Shown: one piece after another, positions 1 to 12,822 of the stretch
How the letters are laid out: the number at the start of each line of letters is the position of its first letter
Position numbering within the stretch: the first letter of the stretch is position 1
Assembly (NCBI RefSeq): GCF_001194135.2
Contig: NC_068981.1
Coordinates: 89,840,755 to 89,883,067 of the forward strand
Length of the DNA: 42,313 nt
Direction: 5' to 3'
Source of the DNA: Octopus bimaculoides
Taxonomy: Eukaryota
The notes under the pieces: generated by a model
The model's input: only the letters and a program-made list of their open reading frames with translations
The model's database searches: none
Told to the model about the DNA's origin: nothing
Made by a program: the position numbers and the translations under genes

Positions 1-344
1 TATATATAAGTTGTAATAATTTTAATAATGAAGTGAAACCAAATAGTGATATGTTGAAATCATTTAATACGTATGTTTCCCATTTGCGTAATTTAAAATA
101 GGGAATACAACCACACTGTGCAAGACCTTCCCCAGTTAAAACATTTCAAATTATACATAGATATGCATGTGTGCGTGCGTGTGTGTGCGTGTGTGTGTGT
201 GTGTGCGTGCATCTATCGTCATTAACCATAATGATCTTTATCTACAACACTTAGCTTATCTTTTTGCTATGTTTTTCCCAAACTTCTTGTCGAAAAATAT
301 CCGCTTTGATGTTGGAATCACGGAAAACTAATGAAGTTCTATAG

Positions 345-545
345 GATTGTAAGGATGATAAAAGTGTCCCCATATTCAAGAGGAGGCTGATATGAATAGA
401 TATAGAAACTACCGAGTGTTTCTTCTCCTGCCGTTCTGTAAACTATTTTAGTATCCGGATGTGCCACTAGCAGATTCCTGGGTTTTGATTTTTCGAAACG
501 CGATTTTACTGACAAAAATGCAAAGTAACTTCGTGGTGCTTAGAG
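345..545 (+). mobile_element. Highly degenerate CR1/L2-type LINE RT N-terminal remnant
   Basis: Frameshifted reading gives KSVPIFKR / D..NYR..LLP..KLF, then ILTKMQSNF..LR. This resembles VVPIFKKGD..NYRPISLLP..SKLF and L...QxGF..R. Confidence 0.45.
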
Positions 546-1810
546 GTTAGTTAATATTATGAGGAAATATTTCTAACCAGGTTTGACTTCAATGATCTTG
601 CAGAATGGTAAGATTGTTATATTACTAAAGGAACAAATGGAAACGAAATAAATATAACGTGCCGCAGACAGAAACTTAAGTCCTTAAAACTTGCAGAACG
701 CTCATAACTGTGAACAAATATGATGTGTTACTGAAGAAAACCTTTTAATGGTGTATATACATTAAGTATGATACATAGATAGCTATTGGTATTCATATGA
801 ATATTTATCATAACCTGCAGAAGTGAAGAAATGAAATATCTGTCACACGTCTCGAAGATTTAAAGAATATATCTAATTCCTGTTTTCTTTTTTATTTTTC
901 ATAACTTATAAAAAATAGTAAGAGTTTTTGATTTTCTATAGTTCTATAATTATGAGTAAAAATTCGAATTGCTAGGAGTTAGAAGATTAGACTTTAAATA
1001 AATGGTTCGCATATATAGAAATACATGTAAGCTTTTTTAATGGCTTATTCTGAGGAGGAAGGCAGCACTGACAGCATTATTGTAGAATTCCAAGATTCAT
1101 GGGGGGAGTGGAGGAAGGAATAATTTGCAATTCGTTTGTTGTCCTCAAACTGGAGACCTAATCCGAATAATTGCAACAGAGAGGACTCTCTCAAAAACAA
1201 TAGATTGTGTTGTCAGAACGGACAATAGATTATGTCTGTATTGTTCTATATAAGACGAACAGGGAAACAAATTCTCGACCATTTTTTCACAAAGATAAAC
1301 AGAGAGAAGAAATCATATCTGAGAAAGACCCATCACTTAAATTTCATATTTAATAGCTGCTATTCCTGACTAGCGATTTTTTTCTTTTTTCCAGAACATA
1401 ACATTGGCATATGTTCATAGAGCTAAATCAATCAGTTTATGAAATGAATGCTAATATACAACAGTACAAATATATTTCAATAAAATCTGTCGATAAAACA
1501 TTATTTTTTTCTTTATTGTATTGCGAGATTATGATTTATCATCATTTTAACCTATGCTATTTTAACTGATATCTCTAATCATAAATATATTAATCTTATT
1601 TATTTATTTATTTATTTTCATAGTGGAACTATTAATAGGCTATCAATCACTCAAAGAAAAAAATTTGGAAGTAATTGAATTAATAATTTTTGTGCCAAGA
1701 GAAAAATGTCAGTTACAGGTTCAGTACTTCCATCCCCAAATTTGCACATTCCTCATTAAAATAATTAGAAAGTAGTGCAATTGGAACAACGGAAAACAGA
1801 AAGTATGAAG

Positions 1811-1990
1811 AGGTCAATTAGCAGAGCCGTTAGAGTGTCGGATAGATTGCATTATGGTAATAGTTACAGCTCTCCACACCCTGAGTTCAAATCTCACCAA
1901 GCTCAACTTCGCCTTCACAAATTTCGGAGTCGATAAGTAAAGTACAATTCTGCGCTAGGGTAGATATTTCTTGTTTCCTCACCCCTTTTT
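1811..1990 (+). mobile_element. Degenerate SINE family A copy
   Basis: TTAGCAGAGCCGTTAG A-box-like head, GAGTTCAAATCTC B-box and TTTCGGAGTCGATAAGTAAAGTAC core align by eye with 19573-19785. Confidence 0.6.
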
Positions 1991-2209
1991 TTTTTCTGCC
2001 TGTCTGACTGTCTCTCCCCTTTTCTGGAAAAAATTGGCTGTAGTCAGACCTGGAGGGGAATGAGTCCTGCCAATTCTACAAATGCTCGGCACGCCATATG
2101 TCACAACGGTATCCCTAAAACCCCATCAAGGATTTAAAGGGCAAAGCAAGGTAAGATTAGAGGAAGAATAACAAACTTTGTAACTAATAAACTCTTTTAT
2201 CTTTACATA

Positions 2210-2426
2210 TTACCGTGTGGTTGAGAAGTCTGGTTCACACCTATACAATTTCGGATCCGATCCTATTGCACGCTACTTTCCGCAAATGTGGTTTACCATA
2301 GTCAATTATAGTCTAAGGTAGGCCAAATCATAGTTGGAAACCAGAAACTGTACGCAAGGTCAGACACGCATACACTTCCACACACGTATACATTTCTTCA
2401 CACAAACACACAACATACACACACAC

Positions 2427-2523
<97 letters not shown>

Positions 2524-2765
2524 TCCTTATACATATATGTGTATGTATGTACATGTATGTCAGTTTCCAAGAGCGAAATTGGTGCGTTGAACAAAAGTAG
2601 CCTTAAGTGTTAGTTTCCATGTGGGAAACCTATGCCAAATCGACTTATGATATCGTTAAAAATTACTACCAAAGAAAATACACTGAGTCGATTTAATTGA
2701 ACAAAATACTTTGAAGTCATAGCACACGCATAGTCATAGCTCAGCATGTTAAACCAGTAAAAGAA
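2210..2765 (+). mobile_element. Degenerate SINE family B copy with expanded internal (CA)n(TA)n microsatellite
   Basis: GTGTGGTTGAGAAG head and GAAACTGT motif precede the microsatellite at ~2385-2555; 3' part GAGTCGATT...AAACCAGTAAAAGA. Same layout as 3325-3645. Confidence 0.45.
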
Positions 2766-3105
2766 TATCTTACAATTTTAAAATACTTTCTGTCAGTCAC
2801 CATAGTGTTCAAAGAGAGCTTGCTTACTTTTAAATATTACAGATAATTTTTAACTTACAGAAAATAAAAGTTTATATTTCTTCTTAGAAAATATTCGCTA
2901 CATTATTTTCAATAATTATTGTAGGACCTTGACCTGAACTGAAACTTTTTTTGTAGAGTAAATTTTGAACTCGTAAGGTCTTCCTTGTAGTTTTGCATAA
3001 ATTATGAAAAAACGATTTTATTTACACTACAGAATTCCTTACTACCTTTCCTTTCTAAATCCAGGAAATACTAGTAAATGATGAAATTAATGTAAATGAT
3101 AGCTA

Positions 3106-3300
3106 GGGTGGCGAGCTGGCAGAATCGTTAGCAAGCCGGGGGAAATGCATAGAGTTCAGATTCCATCGAGGTCGACTTTTCCTTTCATCCTTTCGGGGTC
3201 GATTAAATAAGTAACAGTTACGCACTTCGGTCGATGTAATCGACTTAACCCTTTGTCTGTCCTTGTTTGTCTCCTCTATGCTTTTAGCAATAAAGAAATA
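3106..3300 (+). mobile_element. tRNA-derived SINE family A copy
   Basis: GGCGAGCTGGCAGAATCGTTAGC head, GAGTTCAGATTCC B-box, CCTTTCATCCTTTCGGGGTCGAT core and GTCGATGTAATCGAC hairpin. Confidence 0.9.
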
Positions 3301-3324
3301 AATACATATGATAACTACAGACAT

Positions 3325-3645
3325 AGCTGTACGATTACCAAATTGACTACACTGCGGTGGCGTTTTGTACTTACTCCCATTGTGTCTTCTACTTACTGTA
3401 TCCCCGAGCTAACAAATGCCTTGTGAGTGAAACTGGCAGAAAGAAACTGTTTACAGCGCGCGCGCGTGTGTGTGTGTTTATGCCTCACCACTTCGCAATG
3501 ATGTTGGTTCGTTTACTTCCCTATAGCCTAGAAGTTCGGAAAAAAAGAAACCAATAGAATAAGCAGCGAGGGTGATTTGATAGACCAAACTCTTCAAGCG
3601 GTGCTCCTGCATGGTCACAGTTCAATGACTAAAGCATGCAAAATT
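3325..3645 (+). mobile_element. SINE family B copy directly downstream of SINE-A
   Basis: GTGTCTTCTAC (shared with 40530), GCCTTGTGAGTG..GAAACTG, internal (CG)n(TG)n, and 3' tail GCGGTGCTCCTGCATGGTCACAG. Confidence 0.7.
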
Positions 3646-5247
3646 ATAAACACATGAAGTTACAAACTCAGGCTATGGTGACATACCTTGCATAGAGCAC
3701 ACTTGTGAAGATTATTGTAAAACGTACCAATAATATGCATATATAAAGACAAATTAAAACAAAAAAACTATTTTAAAATCTTGTGAGATATATCTTATAA
3801 AATTATTCACTACATACAGAGAGAGTTTGTTCTCAAGACACATTCGAGAATAAAAGTGTAATATCTTACCCATTCAGTTACTTCACTTCAGTTTTTCTGA
3901 CGACTACTAAAACAACTACTGTCGAAAAAATAAGAATTTGTCTCAAGCGAAGACGGCATAAATGCAGAAAGTAAAACGCCTTAAGACAAAGGCAGCTATC
4001 TGTGAACAAAAACGGCATGTCAGATTTATAAGAGCAAGCAAGCACGTTTATATAATCTATCCGATCGGCAGTATATCTAGCATTATGCTCACCTAGCGCG
4101 GGTCAAAAGAAAAATGCGGTTCCGTCACGATGTAATTGAAAAGTTCCTTCAACCTGAAGTAACATAAGCACGTTTTATTTGTTTCCAGCGCAAGTTTTGG
4201 TTTTAGTTAATTTGCATAATAGCAATGTCTAAATGAAAAGCTAAGCTATAGGAAACCAATTCTAAATCTATAGCTCAGGTTTAAATATAATAACAGTACA
4301 GTAATCATTGATAGTGCCAGAGGGATCTGAGTATTAACTTAGTTAAAATAATTTACAAAACGTATGCGAGCAAATTTCAACGCCATCAGAACTATGATGA
4401 AGTTTAAGATCAGTGAAACATAATTTAAATCCAAAATGCTGTCAACAGTAACAGCAATAACAAAGTGTTTCGTTTTGGTATTTGGCTTGCAAGATTCTTA
4501 ATGTGAATTCGAGTGCTGAAACATTTGTGGGGGGATATCTCAGTGGGAATCATTGTGCTAAAAACAAACGCAAGCATTTAATCTAGTTCACTTATTTTAT
4601 TTCTATTTATCAGTCGTTTAACTATTTAGCCAATGAACTTGAAGCAAATCTGGTGTAGTGAAGGCATGTCATTGATCAGGTCACGAATAGCAACAGAAGG
4701 ACTTTGACAAACCTGGCTGATTGTTTGATTGACTGAACAACAAATCAAACAATCGATTAGTTAATTGGTTAAATAGTTGCTTAAATTGGTTGATGTGACA
4801 AATAAAAATTAAGATACAAAAAAAATAACAAAATGATTTGAAAGCCAATCTAAAAAATATAGTACCTTGTTGTGTTCTTTTCTTTCTTTGATATAAGTGC
4901 TAAGACTCTAAGTAAATGGTAAAGATGGTACAGCACCAGACGAAATGTCTGATAGTATCCTTTACATTTGGATTTTATACGTCATTCTTTGATGTCGATA
5001 AAATAAGTACAATTGAGATGCATGTACAAGTGAGATTCCTGCTCGTAAGATGTATTGCTTTGTTGTATCAATGACAGAGATAAAATTAAAGCTAACTCCC
5101 TGTCCTAAGTTTAATCCTATTGTTTGAGTTGCCGGTATTTAATTTACCTTCTAGTTGAAGGAGTTTAATTAAGGTCACTGACGGCCAAAGTTCTTTCGAA
5201 ATGGATAATTATCACGACCTCCAATTTCCTACTTTCCCAGTACTTAA

Positions 5248-5446
5248 GTTTGTTGTTTTTGTTATTGTTTAGCTTCATGTAAGCCTTGTATGATCAAATT
5301 TATTACCAAAGCTGTGACAATCTCATTTTTTGGTATATTAATGGCCAATTGTCTATTTTGTTCTTACGTTTTAGAACGATAGTAGAGTGAGAGTTGAATA
5401 AAGTTTTGTTGCCATTTTTAGATAGTCGGGCGGCTGCAATGAGACA
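5248..5446 (-). mobile_element. SINE-like family C copy
   Basis: (GTT)n-like tail then TTTAGC..TGATCAAA..GCTGTGACAATC; similar to 22725-22915 and to the reverse complement of 24235-24395. Confidence 0.55.
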
Positions 5447-5584
5447 CCCTAGTTGGTTCATAATATTTAGGAAAGAGTTGTCTAATACAAAGGAAATAAT
5501 GTATTAGAACAAATTAACATGTTTAACAAAGTGAAGAAGTAGTAAGAAGAGGAAATTGGTGTAAAAATCCCGCTTCACCAAACC

Positions 5585-5945
5585 TACCTTCTCAACATGG
5601 CCAGTACAATCATTAAAGAACTTGAGGAATTTTTTAACTGTATCCTGAAGGACACAGTTGCCATTAGTGAAACCTGGCTTACCAAGATAAACGAATGAAG
5701 GTTGCCAGGTCAATTCAAAGCCTGCATATATACCTGCAGGCCGTCCCGCCCAACTACTGTTAATATACGTCAATACATGCACTTCTGAAGCTCTGGGAGG
5801 TAAGATCAGCAGCTCTTCAAGATGGTGTCTTCGCTTGCCAAGGAACCTAGGTAGTATTGCTCTGCACAGATTAATTAACAACTTATATCTCTCTTTCAGC
5901 TGTATTTCGGAGGAATTTATGGTAACTTGAACAATAGACATACCC
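5585..5945 (+). mobile_element. Degenerate LINE APE endonuclease fragment (CR1/L2-like)
   Basis: The + strand reads YLLNMASTIIKELEEFFNCILKDTVAISETWL (APE LN..S..K..EL...D..AISETWL motif) and later GNLNNRH (GDxN motif). Confidence 0.7.
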
Positions 5946-7814
5946 TACGGCAGCACAGAAACACCCTATTGTAGCAGCAGCTAATATTAAGGCCTACACA
6001 AGTAGCAACCTGGACTACCTTTTAAGCTGTCATACTGTAACAAAAAATACGACAACATCCCTTCCAATAAGAAGCACGAGCAGACGTAAAGGAAGTACTG
6101 GTTATCAAAATAGCGAACTTCAGTCAACAAAGAACATTGATAAAGTGGGATGACATAGTGTGCTGCGAAAGACCACTTGGTTGGATATCTGGCGTGTATC
6201 AGATTCCTGGTTCACTTTGCCTGCAACACCTTACCAACCGGACAAACGTTCATGTATGAGACAGAAGTAAGATACCTTCTCCTGCCAACTGTCTGCTAAA
6301 TGAAAGTTTTCTTCAGCTGCTCTCCTAAAACATTTATCACTGGCTTCCCACGCTGATACTGTGACCAGGGGGTTTTCAACGCAATTACGGAGTTTGTCAT
6401 TGTTCACTGCTGTAAACATCTATACAAAAAGTAGACTATCTTTTGCTCAAAGGTAGAAAGAAGCTGTCCATTGTCACAGGTTAAATCGTGCCTGCTTCGC
6501 ACAACCCTTGACTAGCAGCTGAGAGTGGATCTTATGAATCAACTGAAGTTCCGTTTAAACTGTCCTCCGTTTAGACATAATCACCTTCTCAGATTCCGCC
6601 AAGCAGGCCATCAGGAAACTAACTGTTTCCTAGGAAAAACAAATAGGAGAGGCTTGCTATAAATATACAGAGACCGGTAAAGCAGCGTAGAATTCGATGC
6701 TGACCGACTTCTAAGGCCAGTTAATTATAATTTTATTCATCTATTCCCCTCTTAGATTCATATACTTATTTCAGCGGTCCTACAGTTTATCTACACCTCG
6801 TAAAAGAACTCGGAATGTTGGGCCTCCAACCAGGCCTTTCACAACACCCTATGTATGTGTGTGTCTGTACGTGTGTGTGTGTGTGTGTGTGTGTAGATGC
6901 ATGTATGTATGTATGTATGCAGATAGACATACATATGTGTGTATGTATGCGTGTATTATTTACATTCTCATTACACGAAAGGCGATCATTTCTAAAACAA
7001 TTCTTATTTTTATTTACTCTTTAACCAATAACTAACCACTTCTCGATTGCATTTATGCATTATTAGTTTTTCGGATTTTTTTTTTCTCGTATGTTTAAAC
7101 AAACATTTTACGTCTACTTTTTTCCTCTCCTTTCCTTTAATATATTTGATATTATTAGTGAATGAAAACAGAGAAAAAAAAAATAGTGACTCAACTGAAT
7201 GAGAGATAGAATTTATTGAATTGCTGATTATTTCTTGATTGTTGCGAATGCCTGGAAGGCAGAAATAATTGTTTGCTGCCAGTCGTTTTGATATCGGAGG
7301 CCAACTATTGAAAGACAGGAAGTCTTTGAGATGTAGCCAATTATTTAATCGATATATTAGCTGTTGTTGTCGTTGTCATTGTTGATGTTCATGGATAATA
7401 AATATCTGTGTTAGTAATAAATTCTCCGTGGATAATTCTGAGAAATTAATATTACCTCATCGTTAATTTTATAGAAGTAGACCATATGTTTACTTAATAT
7501 CAACGAGATGTAAATAATACATTCGTAGGCTGGTAAAGTAATTATTTGATGATTGCAAGATTTCTTTCTCAAAGACTTGGATTTCTTCTCTGTAAATATG
7601 AGAAGCTGATGTGGGACAATTTCGTTTTTGAAAATAAATGCTTATAATAACATACGAAGAAGCCAATTGAAAGACAGACTATTACATGTCATGGTTAATG
7701 TGCTGACAAAAGACACTTCACAGTCTATTTTTCATTACAACTAATTGCACACAGATAATATTCGTTGACGCAAGTTCATTTCTGCAAATGATTAGAAAAG
7801 AATATAGCTGACAA

Positions 7815-8529
7815 TTCAACTTGATCATGCCTCTAACTACCCAGTTTAATGCTAACATTTACCTACTACCATGACTTTTTACTGATACCTGAGATAGAGA
7901 CCATACGTATATGATACCTTATTGAATCTATTTACCATATTTTGTAGTCCGGCTTTTGTCTTGGCAAGTGGAACAGTATCGTCATCATATCTTAAATTAG
8001 AAATAAACAAGCCATGTATCTTAATGCCATCTTTCTCATTACTTCTCGCTTTATCCACTAAGTGCAGATGTTGAAGAAGCATGGAGAAAGAATACATCCC
8101 TGAAGAACTCTATTACCATTTTTGAACTTTTCTGCTTTCTCGTTATTTACTAGAATGCAGGATTTTTGATGAATATAAAGCTGCTTGATGAGCCTAATGA
8201 GGTAATTCGGAATACGGAGATGAGACACGATGCATCTCATGTGGCATTAGTTTGCACAGATAAAGACCTTTCTGTAGGTAGTCAATATAGCAAAGGAAAG
8301 CTGTGGTGTCGTATAATTGTAAGGTTCAAACAAGTTTGGAAAATATTATCACAGATGGCAGATTAGAGGGCAGTAGATCACGAGGCAGTAAAAGAAGAGT
8401 AGCAAGAGCTGGGTGGACAAGAGTGGCAAGGCAACTAGAGAACTCGCGCTTAATCGGAAAATCTTTTGTTGTAGTGGCATTAATGTGTTGCAGACGTACA
8501 ATACATGACGACAACGACGGCAACGAGAA
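7815..8529. mobile_element. RTE-clade LINE remnant: inverted RT segment (minus, 7815-~8320) joined to forward C-terminus and 3' tail (plus, ~8325-8529)
   Basis: Minus: FLCYIDY, VLQGCILSPCFFN, ISNLRYDDDTV, KVMVVGK, DQVE. Plus: SLENIITDGRLEGSRSRG (RTE LEKxIxxGKIEGKRxRG) and a GACGACAACGAC tail. CTGACAA lies at 7808-7814 and 8530-8536. Confidence 0.85.
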
Positions 8530-8580
8530 CTGACAAAATATAAGATAATTCTTAAGTGTTCAACGCTGAATTGGAGTCTG

Positions 8581-8730
8581 TTCAGTGCTGAATTTGGAGC
8601 ACTCAGTAAAGAATTAACGACAGACACCGTGAGAACCCGACCTTGAATATTGCATTCTTGGGTGACCTTCATCAGATGGATGTCCGGCTCGACAGTCCTT
8701 GTACTTCGTCAAAGGAAATCGACATTTCAG
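8581..8730 (+). mobile_element. Possible L2-type endonuclease remnant
   Basis: FSAEFGALSKEL, then after a frameshift NIAFLGDLHQMDV..DSP, resembling F..EF..L....IILGDFNIHVD.P. Confidence 0.35.
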
Positions 8731-9865
8731 AATAAGCAGTGATGGGCAAGGGATAATCTCCTGATTTGCCGAAAAACGAAAGTAAGATGCACTTTTAATA
8801 AATGGTGGCAGCTCAGCTCCATCATTTAAGTCCTTAATAATTCAGCAAAAGACATAGAACTCACATTTCACACTTTCCTAATTTAAAATATAACGAGCCT
8901 TTGTATAAATAGAAATAAGACCCAATAATTTTAATTGAGAATATATATTTAGAAGTCAGCAGTTTTAAATTGTTGGTACTTCCCGGGTAAGTATTGTTTT
9001 CCTGTCTAGTCTACACATCTTGTTCTTTATTTCACTAAGAACATCGATATGGCCCTTTGCCTGTCCTGTGTATCACATTTGATGCACAGGAGATTTTCCT
9101 AACTCTTTCCAGCCACAAGGGTAACTTAAAATTTATAAAAGGAAAGCTTTACATTACACAGATCGTATGAAACAAATTGAAGTCTGAAAACAAACATGGA
9201 CATTTAAGAAAATACTTTGAAAATACTTTGGACAGACAAAAAATAACAGGTTTCGACTATTTCACACCGCAATAACAATATCGTTGTTCTCAAATTATTT
9301 GTCCGTAGTACTGAATAACGTATAAAATAGAGATTCTAAAGTTAACTAAATTTCAGGACACCGGAGTTTTATTTGATGACAACACTCTTGAAATTTGTTT
9401 GTTTCAAACATCTAAAAATCATATTTCTGTTGTGTTTAGAAAGGTTCAACATTTATAGATGTATCATTAAGCTTCTGGCGATCCGAATCAGAGACTGAAT
9501 TCGTTTTCTGTTTTTTTTCTCTCTCTCTCTCTCTTATTTTTCGTTCTCTTTTTGTTTTCTTTTTTTGGTCAAGGTCAAGATTATTTTGCTTCACATCTTC
9601 TGGTAGTAAGAGCCTGAAGAGCTCGGCTTTTCGTTTCTCCACTCTTAAAAATTTGATATCTTGTTCCAAAGTAAAATAAATCAATATTACTTTTTTTATA
9701 TGTCCGTTACAAAATTTCATTTCCTCAAATCTCTAAAATAGAATCCTGGAGTCGAATCAAAAGTACAAGTTATGATATCGGAAAATTTGACCTTTTAGAC
9801 ATATATACATACATAGACACTTACATGCATACATACATACATACATACATACATACATACATGCA

Positions 9866-10619
9866 NNNNNNNNNNNNNNNNNNNNNNNNNNNNNNNNNNN
9901 NNNNNNNNNNNNNNNNNNNNNNNNNNNNNNNNNNNNNNNNNNNNNNNNNNNNNNNNNNNNNNNNNNNNNNNNNNNNNNNNNNNNNNNNNNNNNNNNNNNN
10001 NNNNNNNNNNNNNNNNNNNNNNNNNNNNNNNNNNNNNNNNNNNNNNNNNNNNNNNNNNNNNNNNNNNNNNNNNNNNNNNNNNNNNNNNNNNNNNNNNNNN
10101 NNNNNNNNNNNNNNNNNNNNNNNNNNNNNNNNNNNNNNNNNNNNNNNNNNNNNNNNNNNNNNNNNNNNNNNNNNNNNNNNNNNNNNNNNNNNNNNNNNNN
10201 NNNNNNNNNNNNNNNNNNNNNNNNNNNNNNNNNNNNNNNNNNNNNNNNNNNNNNNNNNNNNNNNNNNNNNNNNNNNNNNNNNNNNNNNNNNNNNNNNNNN
10301 NNNNNNNNNNNNNNNNNNNNNNNNNNNNNNNNNNNNNNNNNNNNNNNNNNNNNNNNNNNNNNNNNNNNNNNNNNNNNNNNNNNNNNNNNNNNNNNNNNNN
10401 NNNNNNNNNNNNNNNNNNNNNNNNNNNNNNNNNNNNNNNNNNNNNNNNNNNNNNNNNNNNNNNNNNNNNNNNNNNNNNNNNNNNNNNNNNNNNNNNNNNN
10501 NNNNNNNNNNNNNNNNNNNNNNNNNNNNNNNNNNNNNNNNNNNNNNNNNNNNNNNNNNNNNNNNNNNNNNNNNNNNNNNNNNNNNNNNNNNNNNNNNNNN
10601 NNNNNNNNNNNNNNNNNNN
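9866..10619. other. Assembly gap (N). Further gaps: 11518-12310, 15096-15516, 16657-17455, 20566-21360, 21985-22159, 30657-31620, 32233-33061, 33618-34093, 37253-37587, 41141-41150
   Basis: Runs of n, mostly bordered by (CATA)n, (TA)n, (GT)n, (AAT)n or (CT)n. Confidence 1.
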
Positions 10620-10699
10620 GTGTGTATGTGTGTGTGTGTGCGCATTGTGTGTATGTGTAGATAGATAGATAGGTGATATGTATATAAGTATATACATAC

Positions 10700-10734
<35 letters not shown>

Positions 10735-10745
10735 CATACATATAC

Positions 10746-10778
<33 letters not shown>

Positions 10779-12310
10779 TATACCTTACCTGCTAAAGTGA
10801 TGATGCGAGACATAATTACTAGAGCATTTTATCTTACGGCATTGTATTTATATTCAATGCATGCAGTATAAAAAGACCATTATCTTCTGTTACAATTTCA
10901 TTTATATCTAGGTTGCAGTTAGTTCAGTAAACTGGACTAATATTACATCCTAACTTCCGATCTAATTTACGAGAAAAACCTAAGCGTGTGCAGTGACCTA
11001 ACAATTTTATACGAAACCCCTCTTATCAAAAACAAACAAGAATTGTACTATACAATTTAGGTCAAAGCATAAACGAATTATCACGCCAATACAAAACTAC
11101 AGCATATGCGATAATTGCTGTAGTCAGTTAAATTTGAACTTTATAGCATAAATGCAATGTGCAAATGTCAGAGTAATTGACTGAGGCGGATCTCACAGAA
11201 TCGATTGAATATTAGCGACAGCTAACAGATAAGCTCGCTCCATGATACCCGGTGAGGTTGTATTAGATGTAAATAGAAAGTATGACCCTGTAACAGATGA
11301 GTATTACAAGTAAAGGAGGATTCCGATAATGGTCTGCGAATTGTTTTCCAGTGTTTAGTTAGTTTGCCGCGCTGACTGTTAACTATAAGGTTGAGAGGGA
11401 TAGGTTTTATCAACTGACCTACTCGAGATAAAAATGTAATTTCTAAAGTTTTGCGCCTTCAACATGTGTGTGTGTGTATGCATGCAAGTATATATATATA
11501 TATATATATATATATATNNNNNNNNNNNNNNNNNNNNNNNNNNNNNNNNNNNNNNNNNNNNNNNNNNNNNNNNNNNNNNNNNNNNNNNNNNNNNNNNNNN
11601 NNNNNNNNNNNNNNNNNNNNNNNNNNNNNNNNNNNNNNNNNNNNNNNNNNNNNNNNNNNNNNNNNNNNNNNNNNNNNNNNNNNNNNNNNNNNNNNNNNNN
11701 NNNNNNNNNNNNNNNNNNNNNNNNNNNNNNNNNNNNNNNNNNNNNNNNNNNNNNNNNNNNNNNNNNNNNNNNNNNNNNNNNNNNNNNNNNNNNNNNNNNN
11801 NNNNNNNNNNNNNNNNNNNNNNNNNNNNNNNNNNNNNNNNNNNNNNNNNNNNNNNNNNNNNNNNNNNNNNNNNNNNNNNNNNNNNNNNNNNNNNNNNNNN
11901 NNNNNNNNNNNNNNNNNNNNNNNNNNNNNNNNNNNNNNNNNNNNNNNNNNNNNNNNNNNNNNNNNNNNNNNNNNNNNNNNNNNNNNNNNNNNNNNNNNNN
12001 NNNNNNNNNNNNNNNNNNNNNNNNNNNNNNNNNNNNNNNNNNNNNNNNNNNNNNNNNNNNNNNNNNNNNNNNNNNNNNNNNNNNNNNNNNNNNNNNNNNN
12101 NNNNNNNNNNNNNNNNNNNNNNNNNNNNNNNNNNNNNNNNNNNNNNNNNNNNNNNNNNNNNNNNNNNNNNNNNNNNNNNNNNNNNNNNNNNNNNNNNNNN
12201 NNNNNNNNNNNNNNNNNNNNNNNNNNNNNNNNNNNNNNNNNNNNNNNNNNNNNNNNNNNNNNNNNNNNNNNNNNNNNNNNNNNNNNNNNNNNNNNNNNNN
12301 NNNNNNNNNN

Positions 12311-12351
<41 letters not shown>

Positions 12352-12822
12352 TTCTCCATTTTGTGTTTACTTTAAATTTGATTCCTGATAAACTCATGTA
12401 TATCATTGTCCTTGCCTGTAACGTATGAGCATAATATGCTTTCTTACCTTTGCCTAGGGTTAACATAAGTAATTATGCTGGTAGTAAAGCGGATATATAT
12501 ATATACATGTATGTATGAATGTATGTATGTATGTATGTATGTATGTAAGTATGTATGTATGTATACGCAAACACAGGCACAAGGAGGGAGAAAGAATATC
12601 TATGTAATTACTCGTCTGTGAGTATACGTGTACCTGCGTGAGTGTGTTTGTATGTGTTATGTGTTATGTGCTATGTGCGTATATATATATAGTTCCGTAT
12701 GTTTAGGTTTTGTACTTGCCCTGTTATGAATAAAATGTCGGTTATGATATATAGGCGGTTATGATACAGAAAACGGATGACGAACGTTGAAAGGTAAGGT
12801 AAAGCGCGTGTCTTCAAACGAT

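Noticed and set aside
2328-2600. ORFs rich in YI, HT or CV (also near 14000, 23300, 28500, 29800, 35100 and 41000)
   Set aside because: Translations of di- and tetranucleotide repeats.
5504-5941. 145-aa minus-strand ORF as a host gene
   Set aside because: It is antisense to a recognisable LINE endonuclease remnant and has no domain motif of its own.
9472-9485. 14-mer TCGCCAGAAGCTTA shared (inverted) with ~29197
   Set aside because: An isolated match with no extension, plausible by chance in this much sequence.
9436-9720. 94-aa Lys/Arg-rich minus-strand ORF
   Set aside because: Driven by T-rich and (CT)n sequence, with no motif or convincing splice pair.
11096-11124. 9-bp hairpin ACTACAGCA/TGCTGTAGT
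   Set aside because: Short, with no supporting context.
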